From positions 6,112 to 70,111 of the forward strand of contig JAIPFY010000004.1 in assembly GCA_021736385.1 (NCBI GenBank): DNA of 64,000 bases. The letters are read 5' to 3'. Source of the DNA: Spirochaetia bacterium. GTDB taxonomy: Bacteria > Spirochaetota > Spirochaetia > CAKZLE01. Within the stretch, counting starts at the first letter, position 1, and each line of letters opens with the position of its first letter. The notes under the pieces are model-generated. The model worked only from the letters and a program-made list of their open reading frames with translations, had not been told where the DNA came from and searched no databases. The position numbers and the translations under genes are program-made. Shown here piece by piece: positions 20,490 to 29,285 of this stretch.

Positions 20490-21842
20490 ATGAACAGTAC
20501 AGAACGGATCAATCCAGCAGAAGTGATCGACAGGCTCAATGCTCAAGAGCGGTCAGAGCGTCTGGCGGCTGCTGAAGAGGTCGGCCGTCTGATCGATCAG
20601 CAGCTGATCACCAGAGAACCTCTTCGTGAAGTGAACAATCACGTACACACCCAATATTCTTTCAGTCCCTACTATCCTGCGATGGCGGCCTTCCGTGCAT
20701 GGGAAGCAGGTCTGCAGATAGTCGGCAGTATCGATCACGACAGCATCTCTGCAGCAGAAGAGATGCTGCTTGCGGGAGCATCCATTGGCATAGCGACCAC
20801 CGTCGGCTTCGAAGTCCGATGCAGTTTCCTGGATACGCCACTTGCGGATAAGAAGATCAACAACCCTGACTCTCGGGGGATCGTCTACATGTGCGTACAC
20901 GGGGTGCCCGCACAGCATATCGAACAGGTGAAAGAGTTCCTCAGACCGGTCAACCGGGTTCGGAACATCAGAAACCGGGCAGAGGTCGAAGCGCTCAATG
21001 CACTCATGGCACCGAGCGGCATCACCGCGCTGGATTTCATGGATGATGTAGCTTCCCTGTCTCAGATGAACGAAGACGGGAGTATCACAGAGCGCCATAT
21101 CCTCTATGCGCTGGCAGGAAGACTGATAGACAGCTGCGGTATCGGTGCTCCCCTGGTGGCATTCCTTGAACAGACCCTGCAGCTCTCTCTCTCCGGTGCG
21201 ATCAGAGAGTATCTGCTTGATGAGCAGAACCCTCACTATCGATATGACCTGCTGGGTATCCTCAAAAGTGCCTATCTCCCTGAGTTCTTCATCCAGCCGT
21301 CTCGGGAAGAGACGATACCGGTTGAGGAGGTGGTGAACTTCTGCAGAACGATCGGTGCCATCCCTGCCTATGCCTATCTCGGTGATGTCACAGAGAGCCC
21401 TACCGGCGATAAGAAGGCGGAGAAGTTCGAAGACAGCTTCCTTGATGAGCTGTTCGACCTGCTTGATGAGATCGGTTTCCAGGCGGTGACCTATATGCCG
21501 CCGAGAAATTCAAAGGAACAGCTGCTGCGGGTGCAGAGCCTTGCACGTACCCATGGATTGATGGAGATCAGCGGAGTGGATATCAACTCCTCACGACAGA
21601 AGTTCAACTGTCCTGAGCTCTTGGAACCGGAGTTCGAACATCTGATCGATTCTGCATGGGCGCTAGTCGCCCATGAGAAACTTGCCTTCCATGACCCGTC
21701 GCTGGCTCTGTTCAGTGACAGCAACCCCCTGCATGACCAGCCGCTCTCGAAGCGGATCGAACGATATGCACGGATCGGACGGGAGATGGATCCCGGAAGA
21801 CCCGAATCTGTAGTGGAACTGATGGAACAGACAGAGGAGTAA
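20490..21842 (+). CDS. PHP-domain metal-dependent phosphoesterase (function unknown)
   Basis: HVHTQYS and GSIDHD motifs typical of PHP domains. ATG at 20490 with GAGGGA RBS preferred over the GTG at 20478. Confidence 0.6.
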   Translation: MNSTERINPAEVIDRLNAQERSERLAAAEEVGRLIDQQLITREPLREVNNHVHTQYSFSPYYPAMAAFRAWEAGLQIVGSIDHDSISAAEEMLLAGASIGIATTVGFEVRCSFLDTPLADKKINNPDSRGIVYMCVHGVPAQHIEQVKEFLRPVNRVRNIRNRAEVEALNALMAPSGITALDFMDDVASLSQMNEDGSITERHILYALAGRLIDSCGIGAPLVAFLEQTLQLSLSGAIREYLLDEQNPHYRYDLLGILKSAYLPEFFIQPSREETIPVEEVVNFCRTIGAIPAYAYLGDVTESPTGDKKAEKFEDSFLDELFDLLDEIGFQAVTYMPPRNSKEQLLRVQSLARTHGLMEISGVDINSSRQKFNCPELLEPEFEHLIDSAWALVAHEKLAFHDPSLALFSDSNPLHDQPLSKRIERYARIGREMDPGRPESVVELMEQTEE

Positions 21843-21847
21843 GAATC

Positions 21848-23014
21848 ATGAGTAGAGAACCGATGGAACGTCCTGAAGCGGTCATCCCGCCCTATCTGCG
21901 GGGATTGACCTATGATGGCGTGAAAGGATTATGTATAACCCGTATTGACACACCTCCTGCAGGGGAGGTCCTGACGATCGAGTGCGGTGAAGAAGACCAG
22001 AGTCAGGAACAACTGCTTGAAGATGCAGGAAAGCAGTTCCATGCATATACCCACAAGCATCAGAGCTACCCTGCTGCAGTACGACTCTCAACAGGGGCCG
22101 TCTTCGGATTGGGCGTCGACTACCAGGAGGCCTCAGCAGCTGCAGGATGTTCGATCCTGCCCCAAGTGAAGGGATCGACCTCCCGCTCAGATGTGGTACG
22201 GAACAAGATCGCTCTGGTGACAGGGGGGGCTCAGGGATTCGGCGAGGGCATGGTCAGAGGACTGGCTGCAGAGGGTGCATTCGTCTTCATCGCCGATATG
22301 AACCTCACCGGAGCCACAGCACTCGCGGAGACCCTGAATGCCGAGAATGGAAGAACGACGGCTCTTGCGGTCGAAGTGAATGTCACTGATGAGTCGTCGG
22401 TGGAGAAGATGCTCTACGAGGTGACACAACTCACCGGCGGGCTCGATATCTTCATCAGCAATGCCGGCGTCCTCAGAGCCGGGAGTGTCAAGGAGATGAC
22501 CCTCAGGGACTTCAATTTCGTTACCTCCGTCGATTATGTCGGCTTCTTCATCTGTACCAAACACACCTCCCGTGTGATGGCTCTGCAGCATCAGGGCTCT
22601 TCGGACTACCGTGCCGATATCATCGCGATCAGCTCGAAGTCGGGACTCGAGGGGTCCAACAAGAACGGGGCCTATTCCGGAGCGAAGTTCGGTACCATCG
22701 GATTGACACAGAGCTTTGCGCTGGAGTTGGTGACCGATGGGATCAAAGTCAATGCGATCTGTCCCGGGAACTTCCTCGACGGACCGCTGTGGTCCGACCC
22801 TGAGAAGGGACTGTTCGTACAGTACCTGCAGACCGGGAAAGTACCTGGAGCTGAGACCCTTGCGGATGTCAGAAGATTCTATGAGGCGAAGGTTCCCCTA
22901 GGCCGCGGATGTACTACCGATGATGTGATGAAGGCACTGCTGTATTGCATCGAACAGCACTATGAGACCGGACAGGCTATCCCTGTTACCGGCGGACAGG
23001 TGATGCTCAACTGA
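21848..23014 (+). CDS. Short-chain dehydrogenase/reductase with about 115-aa N-terminal extension (candidate RhaW-like lactaldehyde dehydrogenase)
   Basis: SDR core KIALVTGGAQGFGEG ... YSGAKFG (YxxxK). GAGGAG RBS at the long start. The extension has no recognisable motif. Confidence 0.6.
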   Translation: MSREPMERPEAVIPPYLRGLTYDGVKGLCITRIDTPPAGEVLTIECGEEDQSQEQLLEDAGKQFHAYTHKHQSYPAAVRLSTGAVFGLGVDYQEASAAAGCSILPQVKGSTSRSDVVRNKIALVTGGAQGFGEGMVRGLAAEGAFVFIADMNLTGATALAETLNAENGRTTALAVEVNVTDESSVEKMLYEVTQLTGGLDIFISNAGVLRAGSVKEMTLRDFNFVTSVDYVGFFICTKHTSRVMALQHQGSSDYRADIIAISSKSGLEGSNKNGAYSGAKFGTIGLTQSFALELVTDGIKVNAICPGNFLDGPLWSDPEKGLFVQYLQTGKVPGAETLADVRRFYEAKVPLGRGCTTDDVMKALLYCIEQHYETGQAIPVTGGQVMLN

Positions 23015-23045
23015 TGCACACCTGTGATCAAAGGGAGATCAATCA

Positions 23046-24305
23046 ATGAAGACAACAGCTGTAAGACTCTATGGAGTCAATGACCTGCGTATGGAAGAGT
23101 TCGACTTGCCGGAGATCAAAGATGATGAGATCCTGGCAAAAGTCATCACCAACAGTATCTGCATGTCCAGTCACAAGGCTGCAGAACAGGGCGCTGCACA
23201 CAAGCGGGTCCCCGCTGATATCGCAGAGCATCCGGTGATCGTCGGACATGAGTTCTGCGGCGAGATCGTGAGCGTTGGCTCGCGATGGGCTGACAAGTTC
23301 AAAGCGGGGGACAGGTTCTCTATCCAGCCGGCTCTGAACTACAAGGGGTCTCTCGATGCCCCGGGGTACTCCTACCGATGGATCGGGGGGAATGCCACCT
23401 ATATCGTGATACCTCATGAAGTCATGGAGATGGACTGCCTGCTCCCCTATAAGGGTGATGCCTATTTCCTGGGCTCTCTCTCAGAACCGGTCTCCTGTAT
23501 CGTAGGGACCTTCCATGCGATGTATCATACCCGACAGGGCTCATACATCCATGATATGGAGATAGTCGAAGGCGGCAAGATGGCGATCCTTGCAGGCGTG
23601 GGACCCATGGGCCTCGGTGCGATCGATTATGCCATCCATAACAGCCGGCGACCGGGACTGCTGGTCGTCACCGATATCGATCAGGCACGCATCGATCGTG
23701 CAGCCTCCCTGTTCACCGTCGAGGATGCGAAAGCACACGGGGTGGAACTGGTCTATCTGAACACCGGTTCGATGGACGATGCCAATGAGCAGCTCATCGC
23801 GCTCACCGGTGGTACCGGGTTCGATGACGTGATGGTCATGGCTCCTGTGAGGCCTGTCGTGGAACAGGGAGATGCGATCCTCGGGAAGGACGGCTGTCTG
23901 AACTTCTTCGCCGGACCGAACAGGACAGATTTTTATGCACAGATGAATTTCTATGATGTACACTACGCTGCTCACCACATCGTGGGGACCAGCGGCGGTA
24001 ATACGGCCGATATGAAAGAATCACTGAGCATGATGGAAGCAGGGCAGCTCAACCCGGCATCGATGATCACCCATGTGGGTGGACTTGATGCGGTGGCACA
24101 GACCATCATAGACCTCCCGGCGATCCCTGGTGGTAAGAAACTGATCTATACCCACATACGCATGCCGCTGACGGCTATTGATGATTTTGCAGCGCTTGGT
24201 GCAGAGGATCCCTTCTTTGCAGAACTTGCCGGGATCGTAGCACGGCATAACGGATTGTGGTCAAAAGAGGCTGAAGATCATCTGCTCTCTACGAAGCAGG
24301 CATAA
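23046..24305 (+). CDS. Zinc-dependent medium-chain alcohol/polyol dehydrogenase
   Basis: GHEFCGEIVSVG catalytic Zn motif. Rossmann GVGPMGLGA. 419 aa. AAGGGAG RBS. Confidence 0.8.
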   Translation: MKTTAVRLYGVNDLRMEEFDLPEIKDDEILAKVITNSICMSSHKAAEQGAAHKRVPADIAEHPVIVGHEFCGEIVSVGSRWADKFKAGDRFSIQPALNYKGSLDAPGYSYRWIGGNATYIVIPHEVMEMDCLLPYKGDAYFLGSLSEPVSCIVGTFHAMYHTRQGSYIHDMEIVEGGKMAILAGVGPMGLGAIDYAIHNSRRPGLLVVTDIDQARIDRAASLFTVEDAKAHGVELVYLNTGSMDDANEQLIALTGGTGFDDVMVMAPVRPVVEQGDAILGKDGCLNFFAGPNRTDFYAQMNFYDVHYAAHHIVGTSGGNTADMKESLSMMEAGQLNPASMITHVGGLDAVAQTIIDLPAIPGGKKLIYTHIRMPLTAIDDFAALGAEDPFFAELAGIVARHNGLWSKEAEDHLLSTKQA

Positions 24306-24329
24306 CGAACAGAAACAAAAGGAGTCTGC

Positions 24330-25745
24330 ATGAACAAATATATCGCTGTAGACCTCGGGGCATCGAACGGCAGGGTGATCGTCGGTGACCTCGAGCACTT
24401 CGAAGTAACCAACAGGTTCGTCACGAAGAACGAGCTGGTGAACGGACGGGTGTACTGGGACATCATTGGTATCTTCTCAGAGATCAAGAAGGGGATCAAG
24501 AGTGCCTTCTCCCTCTACGGGGACCAGATCGTCTCCATAGGGATCGATACCTGGGGAGTCGATTTCGGCCTGCTGGATGAAGCAGGTGAACTGCTTGGCA
24601 ATCCCTACCACTACCGGGATAACCGGACAGACGGTATGATGGAACACGTCTTCTCCCTGATCCCGAAAGAGCAGATCTATCAGGCGACCGGCATCCAGTT
24701 CATGCAGCTCAACACCATCTACCAGCTGGCTGCACTGAAGAAGGACCATCCTCAGCTGCTCGCAGCTGCCAGGCACTATCTATCGATCCCCGACCTGCTG
24801 TGCTACTGGCTGACCGGGGTGATGAAGAACGAGTACTCCCATGCCACCACCACCCAGCTCTATGATCCGAACAGCGGGGATTGGGCCTGGGAGATCATTG
24901 ATGCCCTGGGACTCGATCGTGGCCTCTTCGGACAGATCGTCCCCAGCGGGACGGTACTCGGACCCCTTTCAGCAGAGGTCGCGAAAGAACTCCATGCCCC
25001 TGAAGGGGTGACCGTCATAGCCTCGGGCAGCCATGACACAGCCTCTGCTGTGGCTGCAGTGCCGGTTCTCTCAGATGAACAGTACCTCTACCTCTCAAGC
25101 GGTACCTGGTCGCTGCTCGGTATAGAGAGTGATCATCCGATCATCTCGGAGAAGACCCTTGCCTATAACTTCACCAACGAGGGAGCTGCGAGCGGCAAGA
25201 TCAGGTTCCTGAAGAACATCATGGGCATGTGGATCCAGCAGGAGTGCATACGGTGGTGGGAAGCAGGCGGAGAGGAGATCTCGTGGAAGGTCCTTGATCA
25301 GCAGACCCTTGCTGAAGCTGATTTCCCCTCATTCATCGATCCCAATGATCCCCGTTTCCTCAAACCCAACACATCTTCATCATCCATGCCTGACCGGATA
25401 TGCAGTTACTGCAGAGAGCAGGGGATGAGCGAGCCGGAGAATCACGGGCAGTTCATGACTGCGATCTATCGCGGTCTGGCGAAAGCCTATGCCTTCTACC
25501 TGCAGCAGATCCAGGAGCTTACCGGCATACAGTTCGACCGCCTCTATATCATAGGAGGGGGGAGTAAGAACGCCATCCTGAACCAGTGGACGGCAGAAGA
25601 GGCGAAGATCAGGGTCTCATCAGGTCCTGTGGAGGCCACAGCCTTGGGGAACATCCTGATCCAGGCCCTTGCCTGCGGTGATATCCCGGACCGAAGTGCC
25701 GGCAGACAGATCATACGGACCTCTCAGGAGATCATTGACTACTGA
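24330..25745 (+). CDS. rhaB: Rhamnulokinase (FGGY carbohydrate kinase)
   Basis: N-terminus YIAVDLGASNGRVIVG matches the RhaB start. FGGY N- and C-domains. Located in the rha cluster. Confidence 0.75.
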   Translation: MNKYIAVDLGASNGRVIVGDLEHFEVTNRFVTKNELVNGRVYWDIIGIFSEIKKGIKSAFSLYGDQIVSIGIDTWGVDFGLLDEAGELLGNPYHYRDNRTDGMMEHVFSLIPKEQIYQATGIQFMQLNTIYQLAALKKDHPQLLAAARHYLSIPDLLCYWLTGVMKNEYSHATTTQLYDPNSGDWAWEIIDALGLDRGLFGQIVPSGTVLGPLSAEVAKELHAPEGVTVIASGSHDTASAVAAVPVLSDEQYLYLSSGTWSLLGIESDHPIISEKTLAYNFTNEGAASGKIRFLKNIMGMWIQQECIRWWEAGGEEISWKVLDQQTLAEADFPSFIDPNDPRFLKPNTSSSSMPDRICSYCREQGMSEPENHGQFMTAIYRGLAKAYAFYLQQIQELTGIQFDRLYIIGGGSKNAILNQWTAEEAKIRVSSGPVEATALGNILIQALACGDIPDRSAGRQIIRTSQEIIDY

Positions 25746-26649
25746 TCGGGCGGTTGATCCTGTCACGGTATGCCTTCTTGTATTCCCGTGGACTTGCCTG
25801 CATGATCCGGCGGAACTGCCGTGAGAAGTAGTTGCTGTCAGAGAAGCCGGTCAGTTCGGAGATCCTGGTGATCGAGTATCCTGTCGTCCTCAACAGGCGG
25901 CAGGACCGCTCGATACGCAGCCGCAGCTGGTACTCGATCGGTGAACAGCCTGCGGCTTTATGAAAGGCCCTGTTGAGACTGCTGTGCGACATATGAGCGA
26001 TCGAGCACAGCTCATCGATCGTCACTGTGCGGTCACTGTTCTGCTCGATGCAGGTGAAGGCACCTGCCAGGCGCATGATCATGCTTGAATCAGGGATCTC
26101 TGTCTGCGTGTATCGTCGTGAGAGGTATACGACGATCTCGATGAAATAGGCCAGAGCAAGAGCTTTGTTACCGCTCCCGTGATGCTGCCGATCGAGTTCT
26201 TCCTTGACCATGTCTATGCGTTCGATCATATAGGTAAGATCTGCAGAACCGAGCCTCAGTCTGCTGTTGAACTCATGAGAGTCGCGGTATCGGGGTTCGA
26301 TGTTGAAGATCGCATGGTATCCCGGCATCTCCTTGATGTCAAAGAACATCTGGCTGAGCAGCTTCTTGTCGAAGATGATATTATAGAGCTGCAGATCCTT
26401 CGTATCACGGTACCCGTGGGCATAGCCTGCTTCGATGACGAACACATCACCGGGAAAGACCTGGTACTCTGCGCTGCAGGAGAAATGGATGCCGGTCCCG
26501 CTGGTCACGATGACCAGTTCATGAAAATCATGCGTATGCAGCGGATAGGGGACCTGAGGTTTTCTCTCAAGGAGCCTGAGATGAAAATCATCCTCGGAGA
26601 AGAAGGTGTAGGATGATAGATGCGTTGACTGGTTTTCGGAATCAAACAT
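25732..26649 (-). CDS. AraC family transcriptional regulator (RhaS/RhaR-like; cupin sensor + HTH)
   Basis: N-terminal cupin (HTHDFHELVIV). C-terminal AraC-type dual HTH. Divergent from rhaA. Confidence 0.8.
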   Translation of the reverse strand: MFDSENQSTHLSSYTFFSEDDFHLRLLERKPQVPYPLHTHDFHELVIVTSGTGIHFSCSAEYQVFPGDVFVIEAGYAHGYRDTKDLQLYNIIFDKKLLSQMFFDIKEMPGYHAIFNIEPRYRDSHEFNSRLRLGSADLTYMIERIDMVKEELDRQHHGSGNKALALAYFIEIVVYLSRRYTQTEIPDSSMIMRLAGAFTCIEQNSDRTVTIDELCSIAHMSHSSLNRAFHKAAGCSPIEYQLRLRIERSCRLLRTTGYSITRISELTGFSDSNYFSRQFRRIMQASPREYKKAYRDRINRPISSQ

Positions 26650-26742
26650 GACAGAATAGTGCTAGTAAATGAGACGATAGTCAAGGCATGCAGACGAATA
26701 TGGCAGTACTATAGATGATAAGAGCATAAGAAGGAGTAATAC

Positions 26743-28011
26743 ATGAACACATTTGAAGATACGGGAGCATACCGATGGGCACAAGAGGCCTATGCTGCTC
26801 TGGGAGTTGACACAGAGGCCGCCATAGCACGACTGCAGACGATCCCCATCTCGCTGCACTGCTGGCAGGGCGATGACGTAGGCGGATTCGAGACCCCCGG
26901 AGCCACCCTCTCCGGTGGAGGGATCCAGGTCACCGGGAACTATCCCGGGAAAGCCCGTTCGATCAAAGAACTGCAGGCTGATATCGAGAAGGTCTATACC
27001 ATCATCCCGGGGGTCCACCGGCTGAACCTGCATGCGAGCTATGGTGAGTTCGGGGATACGTTCGTCGATCGCGATCAGATCGAGATCGAACATTTCACCG
27101 TCTGGGTCGAGTGGGCAAAGCGACTGGGGATCGGAGTCGATTTCAACGCCACCTGCTTCTCCCACCCCAAGGCCGAGGACGGTTTCACCCTTGCGAGCAA
27201 AGATCCCGAGATCCGGGCTTTCTGGATCGAACATGTCAAACGGGCGCGTAAGATCGCTGCCCATTTCGGTAAGGAACTCGGTACACCTTCGGTGCACAAC
27301 ACCTGGATACCCGATGGTTCCAAAGACCTTACCATCGACAAGACCGGGTATCGCGAACTGCTCAAAGAAGCGCTCGATGAGATCTTTGCGGTGGAGTACC
27401 CGAAAGCATATCTCAAAGATGCTGTGGAGACCAAGCTCTTCGGTATCGGCAGTGAATCCTTTGTCGTCGGTTCCCATGAGTTCTATATGAACTATGCGAT
27501 CAGAAACGACAAGATGGTCTGTCTGGACCTCGGACACTTCCACCCGACCGAGCAGATCGCTGATAAGATCTCCGCGATGATGGTCTTCTCCGATGAGATG
27601 CTGCTGCATGTGAGCCGGCCGATGCGCTGGGACAGTGATCACGTGGTGATCCTCAATGATGATATCATCTATCTGACACAGGAACTGGTACGATGCGGAA
27701 AACTCGATCAGATCCATATCGGACTTGACTTCTTCGATGCCACGATCAACCGGGCAGGTGCCTGGGTCACCGGAGCACGTGCTACGCAGAAAGGGCTGCT
27801 GATGGCCCTGCTCGAGCCGACAGGATTGCTCAAGGAATATGAGGAGTCGGGGAACCTCTATGCTCGGCTCGGACTGCTCGAACAGCTCAAGAGCATGCCC
27901 TTCGGTATCATCTGGGATGAGTTCTGTGCACGAGAAGGGGTCTGCAGGGAATCAGAGGTCATCCAGGAGGTGCTGACCTATGAGCAGCAGGTCCTGAAGG
28001 AGCGTACCTGA
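26743..28011 (+). CDS. rhaA: L-rhamnose isomerase
   Basis: LQTIPISLHCWQGDDVGGFE matches the conserved RhaA N-terminal region (E. coli LPVSMHCWQGDDVSGFE). 422 aa. Confidence 0.9.
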   Translation: MNTFEDTGAYRWAQEAYAALGVDTEAAIARLQTIPISLHCWQGDDVGGFETPGATLSGGGIQVTGNYPGKARSIKELQADIEKVYTIIPGVHRLNLHASYGEFGDTFVDRDQIEIEHFTVWVEWAKRLGIGVDFNATCFSHPKAEDGFTLASKDPEIRAFWIEHVKRARKIAAHFGKELGTPSVHNTWIPDGSKDLTIDKTGYRELLKEALDEIFAVEYPKAYLKDAVETKLFGIGSESFVVGSHEFYMNYAIRNDKMVCLDLGHFHPTEQIADKISAMMVFSDEMLLHVSRPMRWDSDHVVILNDDIIYLTQELVRCGKLDQIHIGLDFFDATINRAGAWVTGARATQKGLLMALLEPTGLLKEYEESGNLYARLGLLEQLKSMPFGIIWDEFCAREGVCRESEVIQEVLTYEQQVLKERT

Positions 28012-29117
28012 TGGATATCGCAGACCTGATCGAGGTATCAAGGCGGTACGGAGCTGATGAACAGATGGTCCTGGCAGGAGGGGGGAATACCTCCAAGAAG
28101 CTGGGAGGAGAGATGTATGTGAAGGCTTCCGGTCACATGCTTGCAGATATCGATGCTTCCGGGTTCGTGAAGATGGACCTGTCAGCACTTGAGCAGATCT
28201 GGGACAAAGAGTACCCTGAAGATACTGATGAACGTGAGAATCAAGTCCTCGCCGACATGATGGAGGCACGGTTCGCCGGTGAGCAGGCACGACCGAGTGT
28301 CGAAGCGCTGCTGCACAGTCTCCTGAAACCGGTCTATGTGGTACACCTGCATCCTGGTCTGGTCAACGGTGTGACCTGTGCACAGGACGGTGAGGAGACG
28401 GTACACCGGCTCTTCGGGGACGATGCTGTCTGGATCCCGCTGGTGAACCCCGGTTATATCCTGGCAAAGACTGTCAGGGATGCCATCAGGGAGCACGAAG
28501 GGCGAACCGGAGTCTACCCTGCCAGTATCTTCCTGCAGAACCACGGCGTGTTCGTGAGCGCTGATACCCTGGATGAGATCGACAGGAACTATGACAGGAT
28601 CATGAGCACCCTCACAGCAGCACTCAAGAGAACCCCTCAGATGGCTCCTGTGGCTGTGGATCCGAAACGGAAGGAGCTGATCACAGAGGCTCTGCAAACC
28701 TATGCCGGTTCAGAACAGGCATGCCATGTGCTGATGAACGAGGAGCTGACCTCACGGCTGCAGGATGAAGAGTCCTTCTATCCGCTCAGTTCAGCCTTCA
28801 CCCCCGATCATATCGTCTACAGCGGATTCAAACCGCTGTGGATCGACCATACTGTCTTCAGCGAGGAGGACCCGGTCGCGGCGGTGGCGGCACGATGCAG
28901 GGCGTATGAAAAAGCATACGGAGTAGCCCCCAAGTGTCTTGCTGTACAGAATACCGGTATCTTCGCCTTGGAAGAACGTGCTGTCATCCTCTTTCAGGAT
29001 ACCGTGAAGGTAGCAGCCTACACTGAGTCCTTCGGTGGAGCACGATTCATGGATGATGATCAGATCAGTTTCATCAGGAACTGGGAAGTAGAGAAATATA
29101 GAGCTAAAGTCTCCTGA
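28011..29117 (+). CDS. Stand-alone RhaE-type rhamnulose-1-phosphate aldolase domain protein (class II aldolase-like; homolog of the N-terminal half of RhaEW/YuxG)
   Basis: GGGNTSKK and QNHGVFV motifs. One-nucleotide overlap TGATG with rhaA. No SDR half attached. Confidence 0.6.
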   Translation: MDIADLIEVSRRYGADEQMVLAGGGNTSKKLGGEMYVKASGHMLADIDASGFVKMDLSALEQIWDKEYPEDTDERENQVLADMMEARFAGEQARPSVEALLHSLLKPVYVVHLHPGLVNGVTCAQDGEETVHRLFGDDAVWIPLVNPGYILAKTVRDAIREHEGRTGVYPASIFLQNHGVFVSADTLDEIDRNYDRIMSTLTAALKRTPQMAPVAVDPKRKELITEALQTYAGSEQACHVLMNEELTSRLQDEESFYPLSSAFTPDHIVYSGFKPLWIDHTVFSEEDPVAAVAARCRAYEKAYGVAPKCLAVQNTGIFALEERAVILFQDTVKVAAYTESFGGARFMDDDQISFIRNWEVEKYRAKVS

Positions 29118-29132
29118 AAGCACCATAGGCCT

Positions 29133-29183
29133 GATGTGAGACGGGGTGCGGTACAGACCGCACCTTGTCTCACATCTTTTTTT
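29133..29183 (+). terminator. Rho-independent terminator of the rha operon
   Basis: GATGTGAGAC ... GTCTCACATC stem with inner GTGCGGT/ACCGCAC, followed by TTTTTTT. Confidence 0.85.
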
Positions 29184-29285
29184 AGGAAGCTGTCCCTGCG
29201 GCTGAAGAGTACTCCCACAGTCCGTTTCCGTGCATGCATCTTTTTCGTGAAACGACCTCCCATCCTATGATATACTGCATCCACC

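Noticed and set aside
21848-22200. Possibility that the SDR N-terminal extension is a mis-called start, so that the true gene starts near the Rossmann motif
   Set aside because: No ATG/GTG with RBS lies near KIALVTGG, whereas the long start has a GAGGAG RBS 6 nt upstream and abuts the preceding stop. Kept as a real extension, flagged as uncertain.
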